Below, piece by piece: positions 11,981 through 25,208 of a DNA stretch of 64,000 nucleotides. How positions within the stretch are numbered: position 1 is the stretch's first letter; every line of letters starts with the position of its first letter. A program made the translations under genes and the position numbers. Location: contig JBHGNT010000018.1 of NCBI GenBank assembly GCA_043228905.1, positions 1,178,001 through 1,242,000 of the forward strand, in the 5' to 3' direction. Source of the stretch: Azolla caroliniana. Taxonomy: Eukaryota; Plantae; Polypodiophyta. A model generated the notes under the pieces. The model searched no databases. It worked only from the letters and a program-made list of their open reading frames with translations, and was not told the origin of the DNA.

Positions 11981-14900
11981 TCAACACTCCCCCTCAAGCT
12001 CAACCTGAGGTAGGGTCGTAGTGTCAACCTCTGTGGCAACCAGTTCTTCCAACCGACTTCTCCTGGCGTCGCTTCGCCTTGCTCGCGATCCTTGTCCAGT
12101 CCGGTCCCGTTTGCCGCGACCCCTTTGGTTCTGCGCGCCTCGACCTTTGGCATGTCTGCTCAATAGGCCCATGTCAACTCCTTCGCTGCTATGACTCCAG
12201 TGCTTGCCGATCCGTCGGTTCCTCCGCGATGGCATCGACTTCCGCTACGTCCGTGTCTCCTTGGCCTCTCGTTGATCCGACTCATCCGGATCCGTCTGTT
12301 GATCTGAATCAGCTGTCTCCGACTCGTTCCAACTCTTGTCCGAATCGGTATCCTACGATTCGATTTTCAGCTTCAGGCCTCTCACCACATCGGACCACGT
12401 CCAGGTCTTGGCCTTCTCCGTGCTTCCCTTGGCTTCTTCAGCCGGTTCACCGAAGTCAAATTCTTCATTTGACTCCGCATCATGGCCATTACGATCGTGA
12501 TGACCTCCGCATAGCATGCACTTCTCTTCCTGAGTGTACACTTCTTCTTCACAGCCGCTCACTCCGACTTGTTCGGATGTGCCGACTTCCTTCGTCGACT
12601 CGGCTTCATTTTTCTTCTTGTCTCCACCTCTACCGGTTCTTCTCTTACCTACAGGTTCAACAGTTTTTTTTTTGCCTTTGCGCGTTTCGGTAGTGTCTTT
12701 GCCCTTGCGTCTCCCCCTCAAGTGCGGCACGTCGAGATGCTGAACACCAAGCATTTCGGTAAAGTGTTGCAACTTGTCTGACCCGAGCGGCTTGGTGAAG
12801 ATGTCGGCAACTTGCCGATCTATGTGAATATACCGTAGTTCAACTTCACCGCTCAGGACCCGCTCACACACGAAGTGATAATGCACTTCTATGTGCTTTG
12901 TGCGAGCATGGAACACAGGGTTCTTGGCGAGTTGCATGATGTTGAGGTTATCGCAGTAGATCAGGATCGGGGTCGGTACCTCGATCCGCAGGTCTTGCAG
13001 TAGTCGCCGAAGCCAAATGGCTTCGCAGGTGGCAACGGTCGCGCCCCGGTATTCAGCCTCAGTGCTGGATAGAGCCACTGTTGGCTGCTTTTTGCTGCTC
13101 CATGCAACAGACGTGCTCCCAAGAGAAAACATAAAGACGGAAGTTGAGCGACGATCCGTTGCATCGCCAGCCCAGTTGGCATCCGTGTAGCCGACAAGCT
13201 CTTCGGTTATACCTTGCCGGTATAAGAGCCCCCGGTCCTTAGTGCCGCTTACATACCTCAGTATTCGTTGCACGCACTGAAAGTGCTCCACGATCGGCTT
13301 CTGCATGAATTGGCTTACCACTCCGACCGGATAGCTAATGTTGGGTCGGGTGATGGTCAAGTAGATCAGGCTTCCGACTATTTGTCAGAACCTTTTCTCA
13401 TCTCAGGCTGGTCCGAAGTTGGGACGGATCTTCTGATTCCGGTCCAGAGGTGTGGAGACAGGTCGGCATTCCGTCATGCCGAACTTGTACAGTATATTCA
13501 ACACATAATGGCGTTGAGAAAGCAATATGTCGTCGGGGGTGCGGATCACCTCGATCCCCAAAAAATAATGAAGGTCCCCCAAGTCCTTCATATCGAATGC
13601 GTCCGACAACTGGGACTTGACACGGTTGATTTCCAGAAGACCTCGGCCGGTGATGACTAAATCATCAACATAGAGTAAGATACATACCGGACCGTTTGAG
13701 CCTTGATGGATGAACAGGGAAGAGTCCGACTTAGAGGCAACAAACCCCATCTTTCGCAACCGGTGCGTGATCTTAGCATTCCAAGCATGGGGGGCTTGCT
13801 TCAAGCCGTACAACGACTTCCTCAACCGGCATACCGCCGACTTGTTCACCTCCGACTGAAATCCGGGGGGCTGAGTCATAAAGACTTCTTCTTCAAGATC
13901 TCCTTGAAGGAAGGTATTCTTCACATCCATTTGATGAAGATGCCACCCCCTTGCCGCAACAACCGCCAATACCACACGAACCGTCATCATCTTCGCTACA
14001 GGAGCGAAGGTCTCGTCGTAGTCGATTCCGTGGGTCTGCGCATATCCCTTCGCCACTAACTGGGCCTTGTACCGGTTAACTGTACCGTCGGCATTGTACT
14101 TTACCTTGTACCCCCACTTGCATCCGATCGGTTTACAGTGACGGGGAGGGTCAACCAGGTCCCAAGTTCCGTTAGCATCCAGTGCCCACATTTCTTCCTC
14201 CATAGCGGCACGCCAATTTACGTCCTTTGCCGCTTCTGTGTAGCTCTCCGGCTCACGCACTTCCGCGACCTTGGTCATGTACGCATAATGATGCGCCATG
14301 TACTCGTTATACCCGTAGCGTTTAACGGGGTCCTTCTGGCGGGTGGACCGGCGTAACTCACCGTTACCCGGTATGAGACCCTTCTTGGCCGGTTCGGTCT
14401 TCGTTCCCGAAGATCTGCCTATGTCCTTGCCAAAGTCAGATACGCACCGATCCAACTCATCATTGCCGGTCTCGAATTCCGGCATCTTCTGCTTCCCTTT
14501 CTCTTTGCGTGTGAACCGTCTTTGTCCGGGGGTTATAACACTTATACCCCTTTTGCTCTTGAGCATAGCCGACTAGGATGCATTTTTCCGATTTTGCATC
14601 CAACTTTCTCCGCTTCTCATCCGGCACATGTACATAGGCTATGCTGCCGAATATCCGAAGGTGTCTCAAATTCGGCTTGCGCCCGAAATACAACTCGTGA
14701 GCTCAAACCTTGTCCCCGATCCGGTTTTGGATGTAAACGGCCGTTTGGACCGCCTCTGCCCAGTAGAACTTGGGCATGCTCTTTTCCTGCAGCATTGCCC
14801 TAGCCACGTCAATCAGCGACTGATTCTTCCTTTCGGCCACACCATTCTGTTGCGGTGTGTATCTGCAGCTGAATTCTCGCCGAATTCCTTTTTGTTGCAG

Positions 14901-17196
14901 ATAGTTGTTGAATTGGCCGGAAAAGTACTCTTTTCCGCCCTCTGACCGTAGGCATTTGATCTTCCTCTCCGATTCTCGTTCCACCATCTTTTGGAGGCTC
15001 CGGAAACACTCGAAGACTTCACTCTTCCGCTCAATGAGGTAGATCCACGTATGCTGCATGTAGTCGTCGATGAAGGAGACGAAATATCGAATGGATAAGA
15101 TCGAGCTTGTTACGGCTTCGATTTCTTTCGGTGGGGAATGGAAGCCGGTGTTGCTTCCCGAGTTGGCAGGCTTCACAAATCTGGGCTCTCCGGCCGCTAA
15201 ACTTCGGCAAACCGAAAACGACTTGTTCCATTTGCAGGTCTTGTAGCCTCCGGTAGTTGACTTGGCCGATCCGCTTGTGCCACAGGTCGATATCTGACTC
15301 GACCTTCTGTCCTTTGGCGAACAGTGCGATGCCGACGTCATTGATGTTGAGGATAAACATCCTCCCATCTATGCGCCCTTGCGCAATAACGTCGCCCTCA
15401 TCCTCAATGAAGCACTCGAGGTGCGTAAACCACACCTGCATCCCCTAGTCGACAATCTATCCGACCGACACCAGGTTCTTCGTGATCGTCGGAACATGTA
15501 ATACATTCATCAGCTTCCCCCTATGTCCAACGTGGCTCAAAGGGACTTCTCTGACGTGCACGATCGGGTGGGGAGTGTCGTCTCCAGTTTCGACAACTCC
15601 CGGTTGATCCGGCTTCTCCAAAAAGGAGAACCACTCCTCGTGGCTCGTCATGTGGTTCGATGCGCCGGAGTCAACGTACCACACTTCCTCCGATTTGGAA
15701 GTAGTCTTCTTCATTGAGTTTGCCTTGTGCTTCATCACCAAGGTTGGCCCCTTACCATTCTTGGATCTTCCCGATCCGTTTGCGTAGTGCGAGCTTTGTC
15801 GGCCTTCCTTACCGGTCTTGCCGAATCCGGATTTGTCTGAATCGGCACGCTTTCTCCAGCACTCGCTTTCCCTGTGGCCCTTTCTACCACAGTACCAGCA
15901 TTCTGTAGCGGATTTTTCTTGCCGGCCTCCAGCACCACCTTGACTCCTTCTGCTTGTGGAAGTCCCGAAACTGTTGTCGGCACGCTCACCGTGCTTTCGT
16001 TCCTGCTCTTGCCGATCGCCTCCATTGCGTGCCGACCTGCCTCATCCACCACACCCGCGGGACCGATCCGCTCCCGTGTACAGCATCCGGCTGTCTGGGG
16101 ATGCACTGGTAGATGCACCGGCGTGGTTCTCCTCTACAAGGAGCATCGACTGTAAGTCGAAAAATGAGGGCGTATTCTCCCTTGTACAAACCGTTGTCGT
16201 GAAGATTTCCGGCTATAGTGTGAAACCGGGGTGGAATGGGCAAATCAGTGGTCTGCAACATGTGCACGTGTATACTAGGAAATGGTGTGTAGAAAGAAGA
16301 GGGGAATTTTATCCCACATTGTAAGGTCCCTCCCTCCTTGGGCTATAAAAGGAAGGGAGGGGTCACTTATGAGGGGTTGCCTATTTTGAGGGAGAGAGGC
16401 ATACCACTTAGGTCGAGGGTTTCCTATTCGGTTTTAGGGTTTCGGTTAGGGTTTTCTTCTTGGGTTTTCCTTTAGGGTTTTCTCATAGTCGTTTGGTGCG
16501 GCCATGGTGGCCACCATTGTAAAGCGTTTATGTTTCCTTAAGCTAACTTGTTGAGCATCTTGCCTCGTCTATTCTATGTTATTGTCTTATTCTTTCTCAC
16601 CTCCTCTTGAGCTAAGCTTCCATTTTGTGTCTTATTCCTTCTCCTCTACTCCCTAGTCCAAGACCCCCGTGGTCCCGCCCCTTCTACACGCACGCGCGTA
16701 ACAACGTGACACCGCAGTCCGGAAAGCTCCGAACTTGGACGCCAGGCCTCAAGACAAACCTGCACCATCTCGTCTTCCTCTACGGTGACGTTAATAGAAG
16801 CAAGCAAGTCACAAATCCCTTTGATCCGGGGTGTGTAATCTGCCATCAACATGTTCTTCTGTCGAACATTGCTCAACTCCTATCTGAGTTGCAGCTTCCG
16901 GGCAATGGTGCTTGCGGCGAAAACCTTTTTCAAGTTTCCCCAAGCATCCTTCGGTGTCTTGGCGTCACGGATATGGCTGAGCAGCTGGTCACCGACACTG
17001 GACGCGAAGCAATACATCACCCTGCTTGCCGCTGTTCCCACACTGGGAAGTCCTTGTGTGTCGTCTGCGGTGCTGAGTCGTTCACTCCGTCGACATAACT
17101 CCAGTAGCCATGCCCAAGAAGGTATTGGTGCATCTTGTATGACCAAGATGCGTAGTTGGTTCTGTCGAGCTTCTCCACAGGGAGCCACGTAGCCAT
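11981..17196 (-). pseudogene. Disrupted Copia gag-pol of element D with a long C-terminal extension
   Basis: gag (LPVEKLDRTNYASW), protease (WYVDSGAS), integrase (WHKRIG, CEAC, QQNGVAERK), RT (YVDDL), RNase H (EAEY, ADIFTK); frameshifts and deletions (e.g. ~14520, ~15085). Confidence 0.9.
16195..16711 (+). mobile_element. Solo LTR (517 bp) of the C/E Gypsy family inside the D gag
   Basis: tgtcgtgaag...aacaacgtgaca termini shared with the E LTR; shared ctccctccttgggctataaaa TATA block; 4-bp TSD CCGT/CCGC. Confidence 0.9.
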
Positions 17197-18549
17197 ACCT
17201 CTATCCATTTCTCCTTTTGTGTCTGTTTTCCGATCTATTAGGGTTTCCTTCACAAGCGTAGATGTCTGCAGCAGAGGTTCTCAACCCACGCGCTCTGATA
17301 CCATGTGAAAGATTGCTTGCGGAAGCGTTAGAAAGAACAATACACAAAGAAAGAGAGAGAGTACGCGGGAGAGAGAGAGAGAGAGAGAAGGACACACTAT
17401 TTTTCAAAATTATATGAATACTTTGTGCTCTCTGTATATACAACGCGCTCATCAACACTATTTATACAAGTCCACACGGGACTGTTAGAAGTACGGTGTA
17501 CTTCAATGCTCACACGAGCATTTGACACTAACTACGAGACTATAACTGCCTAGTAGTCTAACCTATACTAGGCTTCCGGTTACGGATTGGATCCGGCATA
17601 CCGGCTCCCCAGCTCACCGGTCCTTACTGCTTACCGGCTTGGTTGCTCACCGGCATACCGATTCATCTCGCTTACCGGCTCAGGCTTATTCAGCCGATCC
17701 GGCTCCGGTTGAGCTTGCCGCTCAACACACATGAAGCAATGGAGTTCTTCGAGCCACTAGGCGTAAACCTATCCCTCACAACTGCCTATAATCCGGAAGC
17801 AAATGGGAAGATCGAGCGAGGGCATGGGCCAATAGTCAAAGCCATTGTACGAGCATGCGATGGTTGAGTTGGGAATTGGCCACGATTATTGCCCTATGCA
17901 TTGTGGGCTGATAGAACTACGCATAGTTCCGTGACAGGCTATATGCCAGCAGAGCTCATGTATGGACAAAAACCAGTAATGCCCATCGAGAGGATGATCG
18001 CCTCATGGGTAGCAATACCATGGGAGAATGAGATGAGTTGGGAAGAATTATTTGCGGCACGAATAAGGCAACTCGAAAGAAGACCCGAAGACCTAGAGAA
18101 CGCACGAAAGATAATGGAGACAACCCGCTTGAAGAATAAGGTTCGGTTTGATAAGACACACCGACTGCGTCCCAAGAAGATCGAGGAAGGAGATTGGGCA
18201 TTGGTCTATGACAACAGCCTTGACAACCAACACAGCACGACAAGGAAGTTTGCAAGAAGGTGGTTCGGACCATATGTGGTGATGAGTGCCAACGACAATG
18301 CCACCTACCACCTCGCGGAGCTAGACGGATCAAGGCTTGCCATACCCATTGCGGGGAAAAGAGTGAAGATATTCAAGAAAAGACAATATGAGGGTCCTAA
18401 CCTCGATGACCTCGACAATGAAGATAGTACAACGGGACCCACAAATGTGAGCAAGGAGGATGTGGAGGAAATTGATTAATCACCGTAGCCAAAATCTTAC
18501 ACTCACTTCTTGGCATGTACCGGAGGACGTGCGGTTTGGTGGGGGTGGA

Positions 18550-19440
18550 TGTCGTGAAGATTTTCGGCAACAATGTGAAAATCGCGTGGAATGAGGAAAA
18601 TCGAGAAGGTGTAATGTGCACACATATTAAAGGAGTGATGGTTAACTTACACATGTATATTAACACATTAATGTGCACGTGTGATGTGTGTTTAGGTGTT
18701 CATTACACAAATATATAAAAAAAGCTTAACGCATACAATGAGGTGCAAGTAAAGGTTTGAACCTTACACCTCTAAGATGGGAAGCAATTGACATACCATT
18801 AGACTAGGTTATTTCCTTTAAATACTTATTTTCTTCATTGTACTTTTCACACGAACTATTGGTACATGAGAGCTTGGATGAGGTACATGGTAATCATGCA
18901 TCGCATGTGATGCATGAGCGTCAAATGGCAATCATGCATTTCATGCATTGTATGCATGTACTACACCCTCACATGCACATATGCATGGGGGCACAAGAAG
19001 GAGAGGAAGGCAAAGCAAATCAAGAAATGTATACAATCAATAATATTTAATAAATCTTAGTTATCTCATTGGCAATGTGTCTTGTATCTCAACTTTGAAG
19101 TCAAAAGTTCAAACCCAGAATTCGTCTTGTCCGTACCAATCTATCAATCTATCTTTAATACTTCTTGCATGCGCTAGTCCTTCCACCGTTCCACTGTCTT
19201 GAACGATCCTTTCGATCCATGACTAACTTCAAACAAACTATAGAACCCCTTCTATCTAGGGATCTAAAGAAAACTACGACACCAAACTCAATGCCACCCT
19301 ACACACCAATTCAAAATGGCGAATATGATGATATGTGACTTTGCAGAGTTCTCTCTGCACAAGTCACCCAATTCATCCTCCTTGGTCAAAGACCTCGGTG
19401 GTCCTGTTCGACCAACCCGTAGGCGCAGATTTCCATGACA
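18550..19440 (+). repeat. 3' LTR of element C (~891 bp)
   Basis: Starts tgtcgtgaag after PPT ggtgggggtgga; ends catgaca, preceded by an aagacctcggtggtcc block similar to the family LTR ends. Confidence 0.75.
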
Positions 19441-19510
19441 ACACCATTATCTTTATGGAAATCGTTTTGTGCTAACTATAGACCACGAGTCCTTGAAATA
19501 TTTTTGTGAT
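19441..19510 (+). pseudogene. Short Gypsy RNase H fragment (probable host of C)
   Basis: Translates HYLYGNRFVLTIDHESLKYF. Confidence 0.6.
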
Positions 19511-22025
19511 CAAATCTCTATGATCACCTTCGAGGAAAGTTTAAACCAAAGTAAAAAAAGCCACAAGTCGGCATGTTTGATTCCTTCGATCAGATGTGGG
19601 CAAGGAATATTTCTTGGACGAATTTACAGCGTATCTCCGAAAGGAAGGAATTCGACGAGAATTCTCGTGCCGATACACACCTTAGCAAAATGGAGTAGCC
19701 GAAGGAAAGAATCGGCACATAGTAGAGGTGGCAAGGGCAATGATGAACGAGAAGAATCTACCAAAATCATATTGGGCAGAAGCAGCTAACGCAACCGTTT
19801 ATCTTATGAACAAATGTACAACCTCTAGGGTACGCGACGTAACCCCTCACAAGAAGTTCTTTGAAAAGAGGTTGGACTTATCCCACGTCAAGATATTCGA
19901 CTCAATCGCCTATGTACATATTCCCGACGAGAAGCGGCAAAAGCTTGATTCAAAATCAGAGAAATGTATCCTTGTAGGGTACTCACTCGAACAAAAGGGA
20001 TACAAATGTTACAATCCTTCCAACTGAAAAGTTCGAGTAAGTCGAGACATGGTTTTTGACGAGTCGGCATCCTGGTACTAACCAAAGACGTCTCCGATTC
20101 CAACTCCAGTTGACCCGGAATCGACCGAACAAGAGATAGAAGACGAAGATCGACTTTGGCGCCTATTTGAAGAAAGTCCAATTACGACACAAATTAGTGG
20201 ACACAAAAGCCCCCGAGTGACCAAAGCACATCTCGATCGAGTCTGAGGCTAGAAAAAGGGAAGGCCAAAATGCCAGAATACGAAGATCAGATCGACAACG
20301 ATTCAACTCACTCCTTTGGCAGTGAGTTTGAAGGTTTAGACGTCCCAATCATCAAGATGAATGGAGCGAAGAAAGCCTTAGTCTCTGCAAACGAGAAGTT
20401 CTGTTGCTCCACCCAAGAGAAAATCCTGGTTAATTGATTCGGCTACGGTGAGTATATGGTATATCATTATGCTTTTATGATGAAGGTGGTGATAGTTCGA
20501 GAACCGGAAACTTTTTCTAAGGTAGCCAAGCACAATGGATCGAAGCCATGAACGAAGAAATGGCAGCTCTATGTAAAAACGAGACTTTGGATCTCGTCCC
20601 CCATTCACCACACAAGAAACCCATCAGATGTAGATGGATCTACAAGGTAAAATATAATGTTGACGGTTCGGTAAATCGCTACAAGACACAACTCGTTGCT
20701 AAGGGATATGCTCAAACACACAAAGTCGACTGTGAGGAAACCTTTGCCCCGATGGCAAAGATGACGACTGTTTGGACAATCGTTGCTATTGCAGCTGCAA
20801 AAGGGTGGCACCTCCACCAAATGGATGTAACGAACGCCTTCCTACAAGGCGAATTAGAAGAGGAGGTCTTCATAATTCAACCACCCGGTTTCGAATCGAG
20901 CAAACACCCGACAGTAGTTTGCCGACTCAAGAAGCCGTTGTACGGACTCAAGCAAGCACCGCTTGCTTGGCATTCAAAGATCACCTAGGATCTTCACCAA
21001 ATCGACTTCTGAATGCTGCAATCGAACAACTCCCTGTACATCAGAAACGAGTCGAACAACCCGATTTTCATCATCTTGTACGTGGATGATCTGGTCACAG
21101 AGGAAAGAATTTAGCCGACATTAATAAGGTCAAATCGCTCCTATGCAGTAGATTCGAAATGAAAGATATGCACGAGCTCCATTTCTTCCTCGGTATCGAA
21201 GTAATTCGAACACCAGTTGGGATATTGATCTCTCAATGACACAACATTCTCAACTTGCTCTACAAGTTCGGGATGACTGAGTGCAAACCTTTGTTTACCC
21301 CTCTCGATCAAAACCTCAAACTTGGTGCCGATTCGGGGACTGAAGATTGCGAGCCAACTCAGTATCGTCAACTGATCGGTAGCTTAATCTACCTTACCAT
21401 CACACGACCCAACCTCAGCTATTCAGTCGGTTTACTTAGCCTATTCATGTAGAACCCTCAAAATGTTATCTTGATTGCGCTAAGAACGTACTTAGGTACG
21501 TCCATGGGACGATGGATTTCGGCATCATGTATAAGTCAGATACGATTATTCGGCTTGACGGGTATACAGATGCATATTGGGCCGGCTATAAGGCCGATAG
21601 ACGATCACAGGATTGGAGTGATCTCCAGGAGCAGCAAAAAGCAGCCGACAGTCACATTGTCGAACATAGAGGCCGAATACAAGGGCGCAGTAGTTGCCGC
21701 ATGCAAAGCTGTTTGGCTCAAACGCATATAATTTGAAGGATCTGGGCGTTCCCATCAAGGATCTGATTTGCCTATACTGCGACAACATGAGCAATATTTA
21801 TCTAGCTCGGAACCCAGTGTTTCACGCGTGCACGAAGCATATCGAAATGCATTACCACTTCATCTGAGAGTGTGTCCAGGTTGAGGATGTCGACCTACGA
21901 CACATCAGCACAAACCTTTAGGTTGCTGACATCTTCACAAAAGCCTTAGGAATCGACAAGCTCAGGCAATTTACATCGAACCTTGGTCTCACGATATTTG
22001 CATTGCCAAGCTTCAGGGGGAGTAC
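19510..22025 (+). mobile_element. Old Copia fragment H (integrase, RT, RNase H), related to the A/D family, no LTR seen
   Basis: LPKSYWAEAA, KCILVGYS, QMDVTNAFLQG, LYVDDL, IEAEYK, ADIFTKALG; many stops. Confidence 0.85.
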
Positions 22026-24944
22026 AGTTGCAACCGATAAGTTGAAAGTTGACCAGAGGAGTCAAAGGATGATGATGACAATCGAGCAAAACAAGGAGCA
22101 TGAAGCAATCGAGCAATCCAAACTGTCCTGACTAACCATCCGAACACAGAGCCGAAAACCGAATCCAGTCGAACAACCGAGCCATTTACCCCATTTCACT
22201 ACCTACCTACTTCATTATTGTTTATTTCAATCCACATGTGTCTTTGCATCACCTATGTTCGTCGAAGAGATCACTCTAGCTTTTTGGGGAAAAAATAAAT
22301 CACTCTAGATTGTGTCTTTTATATTCAAGTGTTATCATATTAATCCCCAATACATTTCTTTAGAGACAATAATGTATCTTCAATGGAACCCATATGACAA
22401 TACTCATACTTGGGATATGATTCACTTATATTTGCCCCTATTTACAACTAATTTATCAAGCTAGGAAAGAAAGATAAAGATGTATCCTAAAGATCGTGCA
22501 TTCATCCTTGCCATTAAGAAGGAAATACATAAGCACTATCAACATGTAAGTTTAGAATGAATTGGGATGTAGAGGGTGAGAAAAACATTTCAAGAATTCA
22601 CATAGATGCCCTTAACACTATCATCTATTCCTAATAAAGTGGTGTTATAATTCATATTTGTGTCTCTATAGAGGTTACTGTGATTGTCTATTAGTAATGA
22701 AGAGGTTACAATTTCAGTATGCATTTCTATGCAATCTAGGACTTCATAGGCCATGATTCATGAATACACATGGGACGTAAATGTCATGTAACTTGTGATG
22801 TTAATCGATAATTGTTAATCACCTGTGTCAATTTACAAAGAAAGCTTTTTATAATAAATGTAGGACATGAATTCTTTATGAAAGTCAATTTAATTTCGTG
22901 CTAGCGGTCTCAACAATAGTAGACATTTTCTGTAGGAATAGACATTAAATATGGATAGTGATTTATGTTATCTTATAGTTTAATTTCGTGCTTGTTGAAG
23001 CTCAATTATTTACATGCTATACACTTCAACTTTCCCTACATTTACATTTATGTTTGTCTATTAGTTGTCACCTTTTCTTCATAGTGAAACATATTATACT
23101 TGTCTTAGTTGAGAGCCAAGTCCCCTTTAATTTCCATTAGGGATAGGATGCCTATTGAGAGGATGTTCTCATTTGCACCATGGGACTCGTGGAATGTTTT
23201 AACACACTCTAAGCCCCGTGTATTTACCTTTGGTCCCGTTCAAATTATTGTAATTATATAGTTGGCTCTGTTTCTCCACACATGCATCACTAGTTTCCAT
23301 GGCCCTTCTCACACTCTTATTGTTCACTTAGAGCCTAATTCTCTTTCTAAAGTAACTCACGGCATTGCAAAAACTCGGCAACTAGTTCCCATCTCATCTT
23401 TCATGTCCTAGAATGGAGATGTACAATTCCACAAACACCTCCAAAGAAGAAGTGACAACAAGACAAAACCTTCATTTGTGGATTCAACCAGGATACTTTC
23501 AATTCTCTTCACCAACTTCCAATTTTCATAGAGTCAAAGTCCACTAAATAATTGTTCTTATTGTTATTGGGAAACACCAATATGCCCTTAGTTTTTTGTT
23601 TTCAAAAGTTATGAAGACACACTTTAGCCTTCATAAGATTAAGAAGGGTTGCCCACACTAAAACTAGCCACAAAAATTGTTTTTGAAAAAGATGTTGTTT
23701 GTTAGTACCACATAAAAACTAACCTTTCGTAGCACATCATGGTCAGTGAAGGAAGAACGTTAATATGTTTCCAATAATAATAGTTTCTGTAGAATCACCA
23801 TACAAGAGAATAGAATTAAGTTCCTAAATAAATAGCGAGTTTCATAGGATACTGCAAACTTTTACATAAATAATAGAACTTAGGTTAGTCCTACAATCTA
23901 ATAAAAAATGGATAACATCAATGTCCAATGTTTAAACAAGTATGCTATGCTATGAATAGAATGAAATTTAAATCAATAACCACCATTACATGATTGAAAA
24001 CAATGTATTCCTAGGTGAAAGAGAATAAGCATAACATGTTATTGTTCTTTGAATAATGACAAAAATGTCCACTTGTTTGAGGTACACCGTACATATTAAA
24101 AATCCAAGCTACGAGTTTATTTTCACTCTTCTTCACAAAAATGTTTTCGTAGAGCACATGCTTACAAACAAAGCGAAAAAAGCAGTTAAATGATATTTTG
24201 CTAGCCCATTCAAAGAATTATTAAAAGTGCTTCTTTTTTTCACCCCTCACGTTATGATCATGAAGTTGCTAGCTTTCCGTCCCAAATATGTATCGTTAAC
24301 TAATGGAACTCTTTGATATCTCAAATGCATTGAATATAGTACATATAAAGGTGGTCCATCAATATTAGTTACATGCCCACATTCTCCTTATGTATGATGT
24401 GATACATCCTCCACGTATTTTAAAAGAGTAACATGTACATTTTTCCAATTTATAAAGGAATCAAAAGTAACCAAAGAAATCCATATCACATGTTGTACCG
24501 ATAGGGTCCACATCAATATATATGTGTTCATATGGGCATGAACCAAAAAGAGGTTTAATGGTAGCCATTCGAGTCGTGATGTTTGGTGTGATTTAGTGTT
24601 GGGACCATAAAAAGGATTTGAGACCAAGTGTCTCATATTTTGATAAGTTTTAAATCTCATAGATTCGCAATGTCAAAGGTATATTCATGGGACACTTGTC
24701 ATGTTGTACCATGTAGCATTATGCCTACCGCATATCAACATTTTCATGCAAAAGTTTGGGCTCCTCCAAAAGGCTATTATACATACTAAAATAGCAAATA
24801 ACTTTTACCATGGAAATCATGTACATATAGAATAGACCAAAAGATATTCCCTTTCCTTTAATTTCATCAAAAACTATGTGCAATAATATATTAGAAAAGT
24901 CAACAACATAACAAAGTCTATTTTGATTGTATAGATAGAAACAT

Positions 24945-25208
24945 ATTGATGGGAAGTAAGATAGGTATAGAAAGAAAGAAAGATATACTAACGTCTTCGA
25001 AGGCCAAAAAAATTGGCCCATGAGACAATTGGTGTACAATAAAATAGGGTGTCTATCCAATCATCGAAATATAAATAAATAAATAAATAGAACTTAAGTT
25101 AAAAGAGTTCTAGTATTTGTACAAAACGTGTTATGGTGTAACATATTCGATAAAGGAAATGACTTTGTACTAGGCCTAGTTTCATTTCCATCCAAGCCTC
25201 TCGAAAAG
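24945..25208. repeat. Dispersed repeat; inverted copy at 28077-28310 in an ABCC intron
   Basis: Shared blocks in reverse complement: actaggcctagt, ttccatccaag, catgagacaattgg, aaatagaacttaag. Confidence 0.75.

Larger units (their letters stand above)
11557..17727 (-). mobile_element. Copia element D, two LTRs, decayed, with internal deletions and a solo-LTR insertion
   Basis: LTRs 11557-11986 and 17304-17727; TSD CACAT (11552-11556 / 17728-17732), whose removal restores host ELDAHEAME; Met PBS 17292-17303; PPT 11987-11998. Confidence 0.96.
7217..19440 (+). mobile_element. Ty3/Gypsy element C (same family as E), decayed; 5' end lies left of the window; interrupted by A and D
   Basis: gag (VLLFIKSVD), protease (ALIDHGPEINL), RT (PYSNRWF, DLYSGYDQ, LPQG, FLDD), RNase H (VDTS), integrase (HESPWAGH..CESC; resumes at 17733); PPT and 3' LTR. 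Many stops and frameshifts. Confidence 0.92.
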
